DNA of 60,198 nt, taken from a phage. Every line of letters starts with the position of its first letter. The stretch's first letter is position 1. A program made the translations under genes and the position numbers. A model generated the notes under the pieces. That model was not told the origin of the DNA. It saw nothing but the letters and a program-made list of their open reading frames with translations, and did not search any database. Location: NCBI GenBank assembly GCA_018175315.1, contig GCA_018175315.1_4769.1. One strand, 5' to 3'. This document shows positions 46,417-55,570 of the stretch, one piece after another.

Positions 46417-46584
46417 ATGTCCAGCTCATACTTCACTATCATGTACTTCGGTCGCAGTTATTGCATCGACAACAAATACCGCCACCTTACCCGCGCTCAG
46501 CTGGAGTGGGCAATCAGCTTATATAAGCAGGAAGAATTTTATTTCCTTGAAGTCGCACTGGATTATGTAAGCGAAAATAGTTGA
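46417..46584 (+). CDS. small hypothetical protein (55 aa)
   Basis: GGAGG RBS 6 nt before ATG; below the 60-aa cutoff of the ORF track. Confidence 0.4.
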   Translation: MSSSYFTIMYFGRSYCIDNKYRHLTRAQLEWAISLYKQEEFYFLEVALDYVSENS

Positions 46585-46652
46585 TTTATATCTTGCCTAG
46601 TTGATCTGGCTGGGCAATAATAAGTCAACTTAAACAAAAAGAGGATTACATT

Positions 46653-46901
46653 ATGGCTACTTCTATCATCACCAAATTTTTGGCACCAACTAACACCAAA
46701 GGCGCACGCATTGTAGTTAAAGGTTTTGGCAAGCGCAAAGTCTATAGCTGGGTCTATGCTATCGACGTAACGCTTAACCATAAAGCGGCAGTACAGCAGT
46801 TCCTCAAAGCGTTTAACGCCGAAAACGACACCGACTATAGCATCGTTGCTTTCGCAAGCATGGATATCGCAACCGTCGATTACGTAGCAATCGTCGCATA
46901 A
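46653..46901 (+). CDS. hypothetical protein
   Basis: 82 aa with AAGAGGA RBS. Confidence 0.55.
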   Translation: MATSIITKFLAPTNTKGARIVVKGFGKRKVYSWVYAIDVTLNHKAAVQQFLKAFNAENDTDYSIVAFASMDIATVDYVAIVA

Positions 46902-46974
46902 GTTTTCTTATACACTGCTCATCATTACGGTGGGCAGTAATAAGCAAACTAACATTAACGAAAGGAGCTATACC

Positions 46975-47586
46975 ATGTCTAAAGTAACTCACCGCGAACA
47001 GGACAAAATGCGTTACACCATGAAAACGAATGCACGCCGCGCCCTTAAGACCCGTTGGGGCCAGGTTGCACGCGATGCACACGAGCAGTTAATCCATCAG
47101 GACGAGATCGGTTTTTACATCGTCGAGAAGGAAGTCCTTCAGGTACTGCGCGACCATAAAAAAGCGCAACAACCGGAGCAGAAAGTCCCGGCACCAACCG
47201 CCGCGCCAGCTGCCAGCGTCTCGGTACTGCGCCCGATGGTAAATCCGGAAATCGTCAAAAGCTGCCTCGAAGCTTTGGAGCAGGAGGAAGAGAAAGATAT
47301 GAAACACGCAAAAGCTGCCACGCAGGTTTCTGAAATCAAAATTGAAGAGCCAAAAGCTGCCGCGCCAAAACAGGATGCAAAAGCTGCTCGCTGTGATTTC
47401 AAAAATGGCGCTCGCAAGCCTCTGAAAGGAAAAACTGCCGAAGTGTGGGCAATGGGCGACAAACTTTTAGCCGAACTGGGCCGCACGCCGGAGCTGAAAG
47501 AGATGAAAGCTGCAATGCCTTCTTACAACGGGACAACGGTTGCCATTCAGTTCTACGCTTGGAGAACTTATCATGGACTTAAATAA
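46975..47586 (+). CDS. hypothetical protein
   Basis: AAAGGAG RBS before ATG 46975; 203 aa, charged and Ala/Pro-rich. Confidence 0.55.
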   Translation: MSKVTHREQDKMRYTMKTNARRALKTRWGQVARDAHEQLIHQDEIGFYIVEKEVLQVLRDHKKAQQPEQKVPAPTAAPAASVSVLRPMVNPEIVKSCLEALEQEEEKDMKHAKAATQVSEIKIEEPKAAAPKQDAKAARCDFKNGARKPLKGKTAEVWAMGDKLLAELGRTPELKEMKAAMPSYNGTTVAIQFYAWRTYHGLK

Positions 47587-48055
47587 TATCTTCAGCTATC
47601 AAAACGGAGAATTATTTTGGAAAATAAGACCAGCTAAACAGATTTCTATCGGTAGTAAAGCTGGTGCACCAAATAAGCGCGGATACATCCTGATAGGATA
47701 CAAGGGAAAACTATATCGTCGTTCAAGGTTAGTATGGGAGTTGCATAAAGGCCCGATACCGGAAGGACATCAAATAGACCATATTAACCATTGTACATGG
47801 GACGACCGCATAGAGAATTTGCGCTTAGTGTTGCCAAGCGATAATAGTAAAAATCTTAGCAGGGCAATAAATAACTCTACCGGAGTAACAGGAGTTTACT
47901 TTAATAAAAAGGCATGTAAATTTCAGGCTTACATTCAAATAAACGGATTGAAAAAGTATCTAGGTTTATATGATACTATAGAGGACGCAAAACAGGCCCG
48001 TAAACAAGCGGAAGAGCATTACAAATTTCACGCCAACCACGGACTGGACGCATGA
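47573..48055 (+). CDS. HNH homing endonuclease with AP2-type DNA-binding domain
   Basis: HNH core (GYKGKLYRRSRLVWELHKG ... IDHINHCTWDDRIENLRLV) and AP2-like segment (VTGVYFNKKACKFQAYIQINGLKKYLGLYDTIEDAKQA); GGAG RBS. Confidence 0.7.
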   Translation: MDLNNIFSYQNGELFWKIRPAKQISIGSKAGAPNKRGYILIGYKGKLYRRSRLVWELHKGPIPEGHQIDHINHCTWDDRIENLRLVLPSDNSKNLSRAINNSTGVTGVYFNKKACKFQAYIQINGLKKYLGLYDTIEDAKQARKQAEEHYKFHANHGLDA

Positions 48056-48092
48056 TCTATAACCACATCAACCAACGGGCTTCTGCGGGAGC

Positions 48093-48422
48093 CTATTTCA
48101 AATAAAGATTTTCAATCATGTCGTTCTTCGGGTCGTTGATATACTTCCCGAAGACCGCACCTTTACCCTGTGGGCCGTGGAACATTTCATAAACGACTCG
48201 AGCTCTTAAGACTTTACGGTTTTCACCTTGGCAAATAGGTGCTAAGCAAATTTTACAATGAAGATGCGGAGCACAAACATCTTTAACTTCGTCACCTTTG
48301 GATATGCCGTATTTCTTAAAGTCCTTCTTCCAGAATAAATCTCCATCCTTATACTCAAAATATTTATTCCATTTTGGCTCTTTCTTCCACCAGTGTTTTT
48401 TATAATCCCATTCAAGACTCAT
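48093..48422 (-). CDS. HNH endonuclease (putative)
   Basis: GGAGTG RBS before ATG 48422; INDPKNDMIENLYL resembles the HNH_3 H-x-D...N...NL core. Confidence 0.55.
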   Translation of the reverse strand: MSLEWDYKKHWWKKEPKWNKYFEYKDGDLFWKKDFKKYGISKGDEVKDVCAPHLHCKICLAPICQGENRKVLRARVVYEMFHGPQGKGAVFGKYINDPKNDMIENLYLK

Positions 48423-48582
48423 ATTCACTCCAAACAATAGTTTAATTTTGCGCGCTACGTAAGACAGCCTCCTATAGACTTGCTATTGCTGTGGAGGCTG
48501 CCCGTGTTACCGGACCTCTGCAATAACTCCTCTCTGCCTTAATGCAGATTATAGCTTGATATACCTTCCGATCACAATAGTT

Positions 48583-49250
48583 CAATAATTTATTCCATTA
48601 TTCCAATTATTCCGGAATCTGGAATAATACTGTATATCCATACACCATATTCCATTAACAATCCTGTCACGAATTGTATTCTTTCACTTTTTGTGAGTTT
48701 TGTGATTTTTTGTAGCAGACCTTGCGAACGTCAACTAATACCAATAGGTACTATATACATTACTAATAAAACCTTATTTTATATATATTTATGGTATTAA
48801 TTATTAACTTTTAGTTTCTATCCATTTTTAGTCTGTTGACTGAAAGTTTTAGGTTTTTGCGCTCCAGAGTACCGATTCCATTATTCCATCAAGTAGGAAT
48901 AATTTATTCCACTTCCATCATTTGGATTTTTACCCATTCCATTCACTATTCATTTAGTATCTATCCTATTGATTTATATACGTTTTTTACTAACAGTCGG
49001 GATTTGGGTGTTAGGGTAAAAAATGCGTTTTACCCCAAAACGCAAAAACTTACTGCACCAACTTATTGTTTTTATTAAAGTTTTTAGCAACAGTGGCACC
49101 ACAAAACTTCGCAAAACTTCGCAAAACTCACAAAACTTTCCGTCACATTGTGCAAACTGCGGAGCACCAACTATTCCTACCCAAAACTTTCCATCACATG
49201 TGGTTATATATTAACAATCCGCTCACATCATAACTTCAGGTGGAATAATT
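48583..49250. repeat. iteron-like repeat region (GGAATAAT / ATTATTCC family; CAAAACTT tandem repeats; AT-rich core)
   Basis: TTATTCC at 48590, 48598, 48607, 48881, 48904; GGAATAAT at 48621, 48896, 49242; CAAAACT at 49102, 49112, 49122, 49131, 49182; AT-rich 48741-48830; no ORF with RBS. Confidence 0.5.
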
Positions 49251-49297
49251 GTGGCTGGCTTACTATGGATTGTGTATAGTGCTGTTAGGAGGTAGGT

Positions 49298-49513
49298 ATG
49301 GACTGTCAAAAAGAATTTGATCTTAAATACATAACCACATCAGAAATTGAAAACCGCTTCGGTCTTAGCCGTCGCAAATTATGTTCGCTTCGCGGTAAGC
49401 TGCCGGGCGAAGTTAAGATTGCTAACGTGTATGTCTATGTTCGTGCAGTTGCAGAGCCTGTCTTAATGTTGCACGCTGGCCGGGTTGTGCCGGAGGTTGG
49501 TCGTGGGTCGTAA
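49298..49513 (+). CDS. small HTH-type DNA-binding protein (putative)
   Basis: AGGAGG RBS; ITTSEIENRFGLSRRKLCSLR resembles a helix-turn-helix. Confidence 0.45.
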   Translation: MDCQKEFDLKYITTSEIENRFGLSRRKLCSLRGKLPGEVKIANVYVYVRAVAEPVLMLHAGRVVPEVGRGS

Positions 49514-49790
49514 GTGCAGAACTGTCCCGGGCAGCAATTTCAAAGGCCGTGGGCTCGCACGCCGAAAGCCCCGAGTGCCGCGGGAAAATGTGAGCGGGCG
49601 TGAGGGCGTTACTTTCGATTACAAAACTGGTAAATGGCTCGCCCGATTAACATGGGTAGATGCGAGCGGGGAAACAAGGCGAACTTTCCTTGGACTGTAC
49701 GACAGCATGAAAGACGCTTGCGAAGTATATGATGCAAATAATTCAGCATATGAAGAATGGCGGAGGAAACAGATCTATGGCTACAATTGA
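49503..49790 (+). CDS. AP2-type DNA-binding domain protein (start uncertain; GTG 49503 proposed)
   Basis: GVTFDYKTGKWLARLTWVDASGETRRTFLGLYDSMKDACEVY parallels the AP2-like segment of the HNH at 47573; GGAGG precedes GTG 49503. Confidence 0.4.
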   Translation: MGRKCRTVPGSNFKGRGLARRKPRVPRENVSGREGVTFDYKTGKWLARLTWVDASGETRRTFLGLYDSMKDACEVYDANNSAYEEWRRKQIYGYN

Positions 49791-50022
49791 TCCTTTCATG
49801 AAACAGGTTAATTCAAAATCTTCATGTTGCTATTTTGGCAAGTCTTTAGACATCAACGGTTATGTTGTTGAACATGTGGAAGGTGAAGGCTATCGCTTAT
49901 ACGTTAAAGTTTTGGATAGCGTGGAATATGTTAACACATTTGCGTCCAAGCGAGAAGCTCGGGACACAGTTGATAATATTAAGGCGGCAATTATATCCAT
50001 GTTAAAACTAGCTTCTAATTAA
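49777..50022 (+). CDS. hypothetical protein
   Basis: GGAGGAAA RBS before ATG 49777; 81 aa. Confidence 0.5.
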   Translation: MATIDPFMKQVNSKSSCCYFGKSLDINGYVVEHVEGEGYRLYVKVLDSVEYVNTFASKREARDTVDNIKAAIISMLKLASN

Positions 50023-50031
50023 GGACAAGCA

Positions 50032-52368
50032 ATGGAACTGTTTCCCGCTGAAATTAAAGCTTTCCCACAATGGGCGGTCGCCGATGCGGATAAAAAGCCG
50101 CTCGTATGGGATAACGATATTGGACGTTTGATGGCGGCGGACGTTACCGATCCGGATATGCTTATGACGTTTGAAGCTGCCAAAGGTTGCGCTGCTCATT
50201 TCAATAAACCTTATATTGGATTTGTGCTTACTGCCCAAGACCCGTTCACCTGCATCGATCTGGATGTGAAGAATGCAACCAATGAACCAGACCCCAAGAA
50301 GCACACGACGCCGGAACAGTTGCGCCGCTTCGAACAGATCATGACTGCGTTCGATACTTACACCGAAGTGAGTCGCTCAGGCTTGGGTGTTCACCTGTGG
50401 TTAAGAGGTAACATCGGTAAAGGTCGTCGACGTGATGGTGTCGAGGTTTATAGTCAGGAGCGTTTTATTATCTGCACGGGCAATCCCGTCTACAACAAAC
50501 CAGTTGCAGAACGTGATCATTACCTTACTATGCTTGTGAATGAAATTGATCTTCAGCGCAAGACATATGAAATTGAACTGGTAGAAAAAGATCCGGTAGA
50601 AGATGATGCAACTATTCATCAGCGTGCGCTTGAAGCAGATAACGGCGATAAGTATGCACGGTTATTTAACGGTGAATGGGTTGAAATGGGATTCCCCTCC
50701 CAGTCTGAAGCAGACCTTGCCCTTATTTCCATGTATGCATTCTACACGGAAAGTAATGAGCAATGTCGTCGTCTGTTTCGTTATAGTGCACTGGGAAAAC
50801 GTGAGAAGGCTAATAAGAACAATGTTCATATTGACCGTTGCTTGCGTATGTGTCGAGGTCGCATGGAGCGTGAGCGCATTGCCCAGGAAAACGTAGCGGC
50901 GCTGGCGCGGGATTACGCTGCCCGTATGCAAGCTGCACACAGCACAATGCAGCAGGTAGCGGAAATGCCTGTAACCACAGTCAGCCCGTCTGGTGAAATA
51001 GTAGTTGCAGAAAGTACGTCCATTGATGCAACCGCTATTGAGTGGCCTCCGGGGCTTGCTGGGGAGCTTGCGAAGTACATCTACAAAGCATCGCAACGTC
51101 CCGTGAAAGAAATTGCAATCACCGCATCGTTAGCATTTCTGTCTGGTGTGTGCGGTAAAGTATGGAATACTATCACCAACACAGGGCTGAACGGTTATTT
51201 TGTGCTTATTGCTCGATCTGGTGTGGGTAAAGAGATGCTTCACGCCGGACCCAGCTATATTTGCAAGCAAGTAGGGGAGCAATTACCGCAAGTTCATGAA
51301 TTTGTAGACATGACTAACTATGCGTCCGGTCCTGCATTGCGTAAAAGTTTTGCGGATCATAGTTCGTTTGTGAACATTAACGGAGAGTTTGGCAAAACCA
51401 TCAAAGGTATGGCAACAGCTCAGCCCGGTACTGCAAACTATACTCTGAAGCAAACTATCACAGATGTATATCAAAAATCTGGCGCAATGGATGTTGTTGG
51501 CGGTATTGGATATTCTGATAAGGCTAATAATACCAAAACAATGGAAGGGGTGGCGTTCAGCGTGCTGGGAGAAACAACACCGGACACGTTCTTTGAAGCA
51601 TTAACCCGTGAAATGATGGAAGACGGTTTCTTGTCCCGTTTCCACATTGTGCAATATGAAGGAGATCGAGTTCCTGCAAACGAAAACCCTGAGATTATAA
51701 TGCCCCAGCAGTTGAAGGACATGGTGTGCCATCTTGTTAACCACACCTTAGTAACAATGGCGAAGTTTCAAACGGTCACAGTTCAGTTAAGTCCTGAAGC
51801 TGAAAGGATTGAACGGGAGTTTAACCTGTTATGTGACGAACACATTAACGCAACCAAAGACGAAGCTATCCGTCAGCCGTGGAACCGTGCGCACCTTAAA
51901 GCTCTGCGCCTTGCGTCCCTGCTAGCGGTAGGGGAAAACTGGATCAACCCTGTCGTTCAGCCAAATCACATGCAATGGGCGGTAGATTTTGTTACGCATG
52001 GACAGGACATCATGATCAACGCATGGGAAAAAGGTACTATTGGCGGTGATGATGAAACGCGCGTGAAGGCTATTTGCCAGGTCTGCAAAGACTATCTTGG
52101 CGGTAAGATTGCATGTGATCGTAAGGAGCTGCGCGTTGACGGTATCATCCCGAAGGCAACTATCACACGCAGGACATACGGTCTGGCAGCATTCAAGAAC
52201 CACCGGATGGGGGCAGGTACTGCGACAGACCTGACTATCAAACAACTTGTAGACATGGGCGCGCTCGTTCCAGTCACGCGTGAAGATGCGTTGAAGCGTA
52301 ATTTCAGGGGATTGGGTTGGTATATAGACGAGTCCATTGAGAGTGTTTTCAAGGACTTAAGCAAATAA
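50032..52368 (+). CDS. DNA primase (prim-pol/AEP-type N-terminus with C-terminal ATPase/helicase-like region)
   Basis: AEP motifs FTCIDLDVKN (DxD) and SRSGLGVHLWL (SxH); Walker A-like ARSGVGKE; 778 aa. Confidence 0.65.
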   Translation: MELFPAEIKAFPQWAVADADKKPLVWDNDIGRLMAADVTDPDMLMTFEAAKGCAAHFNKPYIGFVLTAQDPFTCIDLDVKNATNEPDPKKHTTPEQLRRFEQIMTAFDTYTEVSRSGLGVHLWLRGNIGKGRRRDGVEVYSQERFIICTGNPVYNKPVAERDHYLTMLVNEIDLQRKTYEIELVEKDPVEDDATIHQRALEADNGDKYARLFNGEWVEMGFPSQSEADLALISMYAFYTESNEQCRRLFRYSALGKREKANKNNVHIDRCLRMCRGRMERERIAQENVAALARDYAARMQAAHSTMQQVAEMPVTTVSPSGEIVVAESTSIDATAIEWPPGLAGELAKYIYKASQRPVKEIAITASLAFLSGVCGKVWNTITNTGLNGYFVLIARSGVGKEMLHAGPSYICKQVGEQLPQVHEFVDMTNYASGPALRKSFADHSSFVNINGEFGKTIKGMATAQPGTANYTLKQTITDVYQKSGAMDVVGGIGYSDKANNTKTMEGVAFSVLGETTPDTFFEALTREMMEDGFLSRFHIVQYEGDRVPANENPEIIMPQQLKDMVCHLVNHTLVTMAKFQTVTVQLSPEAERIEREFNLLCDEHINATKDEAIRQPWNRAHLKALRLASLLAVGENWINPVVQPNHMQWAVDFVTHGQDIMINAWEKGTIGGDDETRVKAICQVCKDYLGGKIACDRKELRVDGIIPKATITRRTYGLAAFKNHRMGAGTATDLTIKQLVDMGALVPVTREDALKRNFRGLGWYIDESIESVFKDLSK

Positions 52369-52370
52369 AT

Positions 52371-52390
52371 AAAGGGCCGAAAGGCCCTTT
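52371..52390. terminator. bidirectional terminator between primase and a convergent minus-strand gene
   Basis: AAAGGGCC-GAAA-GGCCCTTT. Confidence 0.55.
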
Positions 52391-52394
52391 ATTG

Positions 52395-52619
52395 TTAGTT
52401 GAAATAGTAATCATCGACGTCGTACCTTGCCATAATTTCGGATGCTTCTGCCGCACTTTCCGCTTCTTCATAAGCTTGCTCAGCGTCATCATAAGTACCG
52501 TAATACATCCAACCTTCACCCATTGGACGGAGATATGCTTCAAATTTACCAGTACGCGGGTGACGTACAACTTTATAATCTGCGCCCATTGTGCTATATA
52601 CTTTATTCAGCATGACCAT
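52395..52619 (-). CDS. hypothetical acidic protein
   Basis: GGAGGATT RBS before ATG 52619; 74 aa; convergent with primase. Confidence 0.55.
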   Translation of the reverse strand: MVMLNKVYSTMGADYKVVRHPRTGKFEAYLRPMGEGWMYYGTYDDAEQAYEEAESAAEASEIMARYDVDDYYFN

Positions 52620-52777
52620 TTTGTAATCCTCCGTTCTGTTTATGAGTTAATAGTACAGCTAGACGGATCAAAGGTAAAGGCAAATCGTGCTATTTTATAG
52701 ATGCATTTCAAGTCTAAAGTTGTTGCATACATCGCAAGTCCTGCTATACTTACAGCATAAAGTTAACGGAGGGAACA

Positions 52778-52852
52778 ATGTTCGAGCTTTTAAAATTATT
52801 TGCGGGTGCTATTTTCGTAGCTGGTTATTTTTGGTTTATGTACATTCTGTGA
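52778..52852 (+). CDS. candidate 24-aa hydrophobic peptide (MFELLKLFAGAIFVAGYFWFMYIL)
   Basis: GGAGGGAA RBS 3 nt before ATG; single predicted transmembrane helix; stop overlaps RBS of next gene. Confidence 0.35.
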   Translation: MFELLKLFAGAIFVAGYFWFMYIL

Positions 52853-52860
52853 GGTATAAA

Positions 52861-53118
52861 ATGAACATTGAAGATTTTCCTGTGTGGCCTGCCTTCATAC
52901 CGCCTCAGTCTACTACTGGGTCTTATTTTAGAATTGGGTTTGTCATAGAGTATCAATTAAATCTTTTGTCATATTTAAGAAAAGAATTAGACAAACTGAA
53001 TATTAATAATATTGGTCAATTGCGAAAAAGGCTCAAAATTAAACGGCGTATCACGGAATTAGATAAGGTTGTTACACAACTTCTTAGATACCAGAGAGTA
53101 GTTAATTTTAAGTTGTAA
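52861..53118 (+). CDS. hypothetical protein
   Basis: GAGG RBS before ATG 52861 (ORF track's longer ORF begins upstream). Confidence 0.45.
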   Translation: MNIEDFPVWPAFIPPQSTTGSYFRIGFVIEYQLNLLSYLRKELDKLNINNIGQLRKRLKIKRRITELDKVVTQLLRYQRVVNFKL

Positions 53119-53137
53119 CTTTTGTGAGGGTGATAAG

Positions 53138-53464
53138 ATGACCAATAACGTTCTAAGATTATTTGCTTACGGTCTGGCAAGTAAATTTGGCTTTGGTGAT
53201 GGTGATATTCTCGAATATTTTTGTGAAGACAATGATATTGATTTACAAGGACGAGATGAACATGACGTTTTAATTAAGCTGGTAAGAACTTATCTTTTAC
53301 CTCTTATTCCTCATGTTCAAGTGTATGAAATTGGATCGCTTCATAATCCAATCCGCTGTGAGGATGAGTTTATAAAAGAGCTTGAGCAGAGCGAGATTTA
53401 CGTTGATGTAAGTATTGATCAACTTGTACAATGTATTAACGAAACAGAAAAGGCGGACTGGTGA
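53138..53464 (+). CDS. hypothetical protein
   Basis: 108-aa acidic ORF with GAGGG RBS. Confidence 0.5.
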   Translation: MTNNVLRLFAYGLASKFGFGDGDILEYFCEDNDIDLQGRDEHDVLIKLVRTYLLPLIPHVQVYEIGSLHNPIRCEDEFIKELEQSEIYVDVSIDQLVQCINETEKADW

Positions 53465-53778
53465 TGGGAATTGTAAATACTATCTGTGAAGCAATTTATG
53501 CGGAGCTTATCCGTATTGAAACTAATCTGCATAAAGAAGGACGAAAAGAAATCAAAAGAATTCTTGTAGACTTCCCGACAGCAATGGATATTCGAAGAGA
53601 TGGGCATTTATACTATTGGGGTAATGAATACATCGATGAATGTGACGGAGGGCATTGTATCCACATGGCTATTATGAATTACCCTATTGTTCCAACAGAT
53701 CAAGTAACGGGTTTTGAGTTGATGTTAAATGATGGTACTTTAGCACCAAAAGCGGCAAAGGGAACCGCGCAAAATTGA
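53461..53778 (+). CDS. hypothetical protein
   Basis: 105 aa, ATGA overlap with upstream gene. Confidence 0.5.
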   Translation: MMGIVNTICEAIYAELIRIETNLHKEGRKEIKRILVDFPTAMDIRRDGHLYYWGNEYIDECDGGHCIHMAIMNYPIVPTDQVTGFELMLNDGTLAPKAAKGTAQN

Positions 53779-54090
53779 AGCTTGCCATTCAAGACTGCAT
53801 CCTTTAAGATAACCACAGTTAACGAGGTTTAACAATTTAACAACATTAACTTAGTGAACGATGCTTAACTCAAGCCCTTGAAAGCGGTAGCTGTACCTCC
53901 TTACAGCAACTACTTTCGCTGGGCTTCCTGGAGCGGACAGGGTAAACCCGCAACTTACTGAACGATGTGAACGATGTTTAACGCGACGGCGCCAGATGTA
54001 CCAAACCGTCACCAGCCTTTGGCGAGGCTGTACAAGTAGGCCAGGATAGACGAAGACGGCAGTCAAAGTAAGCTATCCGACAATCAAGAG

Positions 54091-54122
54091 AGCCCAGGAA
54101 TCCTTATGCCTGGGCTTTTTTG
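54091..54122 (+). terminator. rho-independent terminator
   Basis: AGCCCAGG ... CCTGGGCT followed by TTTTTT. Confidence 0.65.
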
Positions 54123-54195
54123 TTCCTTGCGATCAACATAACTTCAATATAAAATTCTTTATGAAGTGTTTTACATTAAAGTTATGGAGACAAAC

Positions 54196-54663
54196 ATGGC
54201 AGTAAATATTCGCGCTAAAGGTCAACGCGGTGAGCGGGAAGTATGTGATTTCTTTAATGCAATTTATGCCGAAATTTACGCAGAGCTGGGGATGCAGTTA
54301 CCGGAAAAACCTATTGCTCAGCGTAACCAGAATCAAAGTGCGGTCGGTGGTTGCGACATTAGCAATACATGCCACCATGCGGTTGAAGTAAAAAACCACG
54401 CTACGCCACAAGTAAACACATGGTGGAAGCAGACTGTCCAATCTGCTAAAGAGCTTGGCAGATATCCAGTTCTGATGTATAAAATAGAACGTAAAGGATG
54501 GAAGGTCGTTCTACCGCTTAATCCGGTTGTCTTCAGTAATGGGGAATGGCAGTGGTATGAAGTTAAAGATTCCATCCGCGCGGAAATTAGTCTTAATGAC
54601 TACCGCATTATTTTTAAAGCGCACGCGAAACAATGGTTAATTGATCGCGGCTCAATCCAATAA
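54196..54663 (+). CDS. PD-(D/E)XK-type nuclease (possible Holliday-junction resolvase)
   Basis: GGAG RBS before ATG 54196; GQRGEREV then GGCDIS...HAVEVKN gives a D...E-x-K arrangement. Confidence 0.45.
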   Translation: MAVNIRAKGQRGEREVCDFFNAIYAEIYAELGMQLPEKPIAQRNQNQSAVGGCDISNTCHHAVEVKNHATPQVNTWWKQTVQSAKELGRYPVLMYKIERKGWKVVLPLNPVVFSNGEWQWYEVKDSIRAEISLNDYRIIFKAHAKQWLIDRGSIQ

Positions 54664-54672
54664 GGTGAAATT

Positions 54673-55329
54673 ATGACTGACGTATTAAATAACATGCACA
54701 CTATTTCTATAACTAATTCTAGCGTAACTGCTGCATCCTTTGCACCAACTCTTCTCGGGGTGAAACGCTTAACGGACACCGCAATCCTGCCATCGTTTGC
54801 CAGTGCGGGGGCAGCTTGCTTTGACCTGCACGCGGACCTTAAAAGTGAAGAAGGTTGCGAACAAATCATTTTCTCTTACGAGCACATATTCCGCACAGGG
54901 TTAGCGTTTGATATTCCTGAAGGTTACGCGCTTATGGTGTATTCCCGTAGCGGACACGGATTCAAAAACGACGTGCGTCTGGCAAACTGCGTGGGCGTCA
55001 TTGATAGCGACTACACTGGGGAACTTAAGGTTAAGATTACTATTGATAACGATGGTAGTTTTACTGTCAATCATGGTGATCGCATTGCGCAAGCTATGCT
55101 TATTAAGCTGCCCAGCGTGCAACTGGTAGAAGTGGACGAGCTTAAGAGCACTGAGCGCGGTGCCAATGGCTTTGGGTCCACTGGCACGGGCGAACTTAAA
55201 AAGGGTAACGGCAAAGGGTGGAAACTTGGAGACGAGCAGTCCAACAACTTTGTACCTGCCACCAATGTGGTTACATCTGAGGAAGAAGTGTCTTTGCATC
55301 CAATTATGACTTCCCGCTATTTGAAATAG
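54673..55329 (+). CDS. dut: dUTP diphosphatase (dUTPase)
   Basis: Canonical dUTPase motifs: AGAACFDL, RSGHGFKNDVRLANCVGVIDSDYTGEL, GDRIAQ, RGANGFGSTG. Confidence 0.85.
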   Translation: MTDVLNNMHTISITNSSVTAASFAPTLLGVKRLTDTAILPSFASAGAACFDLHADLKSEEGCEQIIFSYEHIFRTGLAFDIPEGYALMVYSRSGHGFKNDVRLANCVGVIDSDYTGELKVKITIDNDGSFTVNHGDRIAQAMLIKLPSVQLVEVDELKSTERGANGFGSTGTGELKKGNGKGWKLGDEQSNNFVPATNVVTSEEEVSLHPIMTSRYLK

Positions 55330-55336
55330 GCTATTT

Positions 55337-55507
55337 ATGGGTAAACGGAAGAAAAAGTTATCAAAGCAAGTAATATCTGACATGGAACCCTATATACCTT
55401 GTCCGATACCTGAAGCGTATAAGCCTTCACCATTAATGGAGGATGCTGAATGGAGGAAGGTTGCTAGATTACTAATCCGTTTAAAAAGATTAATTGATAC
55501 AAATTGA
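55337..55507 (+). CDS. candidate small basic protein (56 aa)
   Basis: ORF read by hand (MGKRKKKLSKQ...); weak RBS; below ORF-track cutoff. Confidence 0.25.
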   Translation: MGKRKKKLSKQVISDMEPYIPCPIPEAYKPSPLMEDAEWRKVARLLIRLKRLIDTN

Positions 55508-55510
55508 GTC

Positions 55511-55538
55511 TTGCCTAAGCACATGGATGTGCTACTAT
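55511..55538 (+). promoter_or_regulatory. promoter candidate TTGCCT-N16-TACTAT with embedded palindrome GCACATGGATGTGC
   Basis: Hexamers at 55511-55516 and 55533-55538; perfect 6-2-6 inverted repeat 55519-55532 in the spacer. Confidence 0.3.
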
Positions 55539-55570
55539 ACATACATCGAAACACAACAGAGGACAGAAAA

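Noticed and set aside
48583-49250. Possible CRISPR array because of repeated short motifs
   Set aside because: Repeats are short (7-10 bp), irregularly spaced, partly inverted and have no uniform spacers; no cas genes; iteron/operator interpretation fits better.
53779-54122. Possible tRNA gene in the ORF-free segment
   Set aside because: No GTTCGA/TTCRA T-loop, no cloverleaf-compatible inverted repeats and no CCA-adjacent acceptor stem found by eye.
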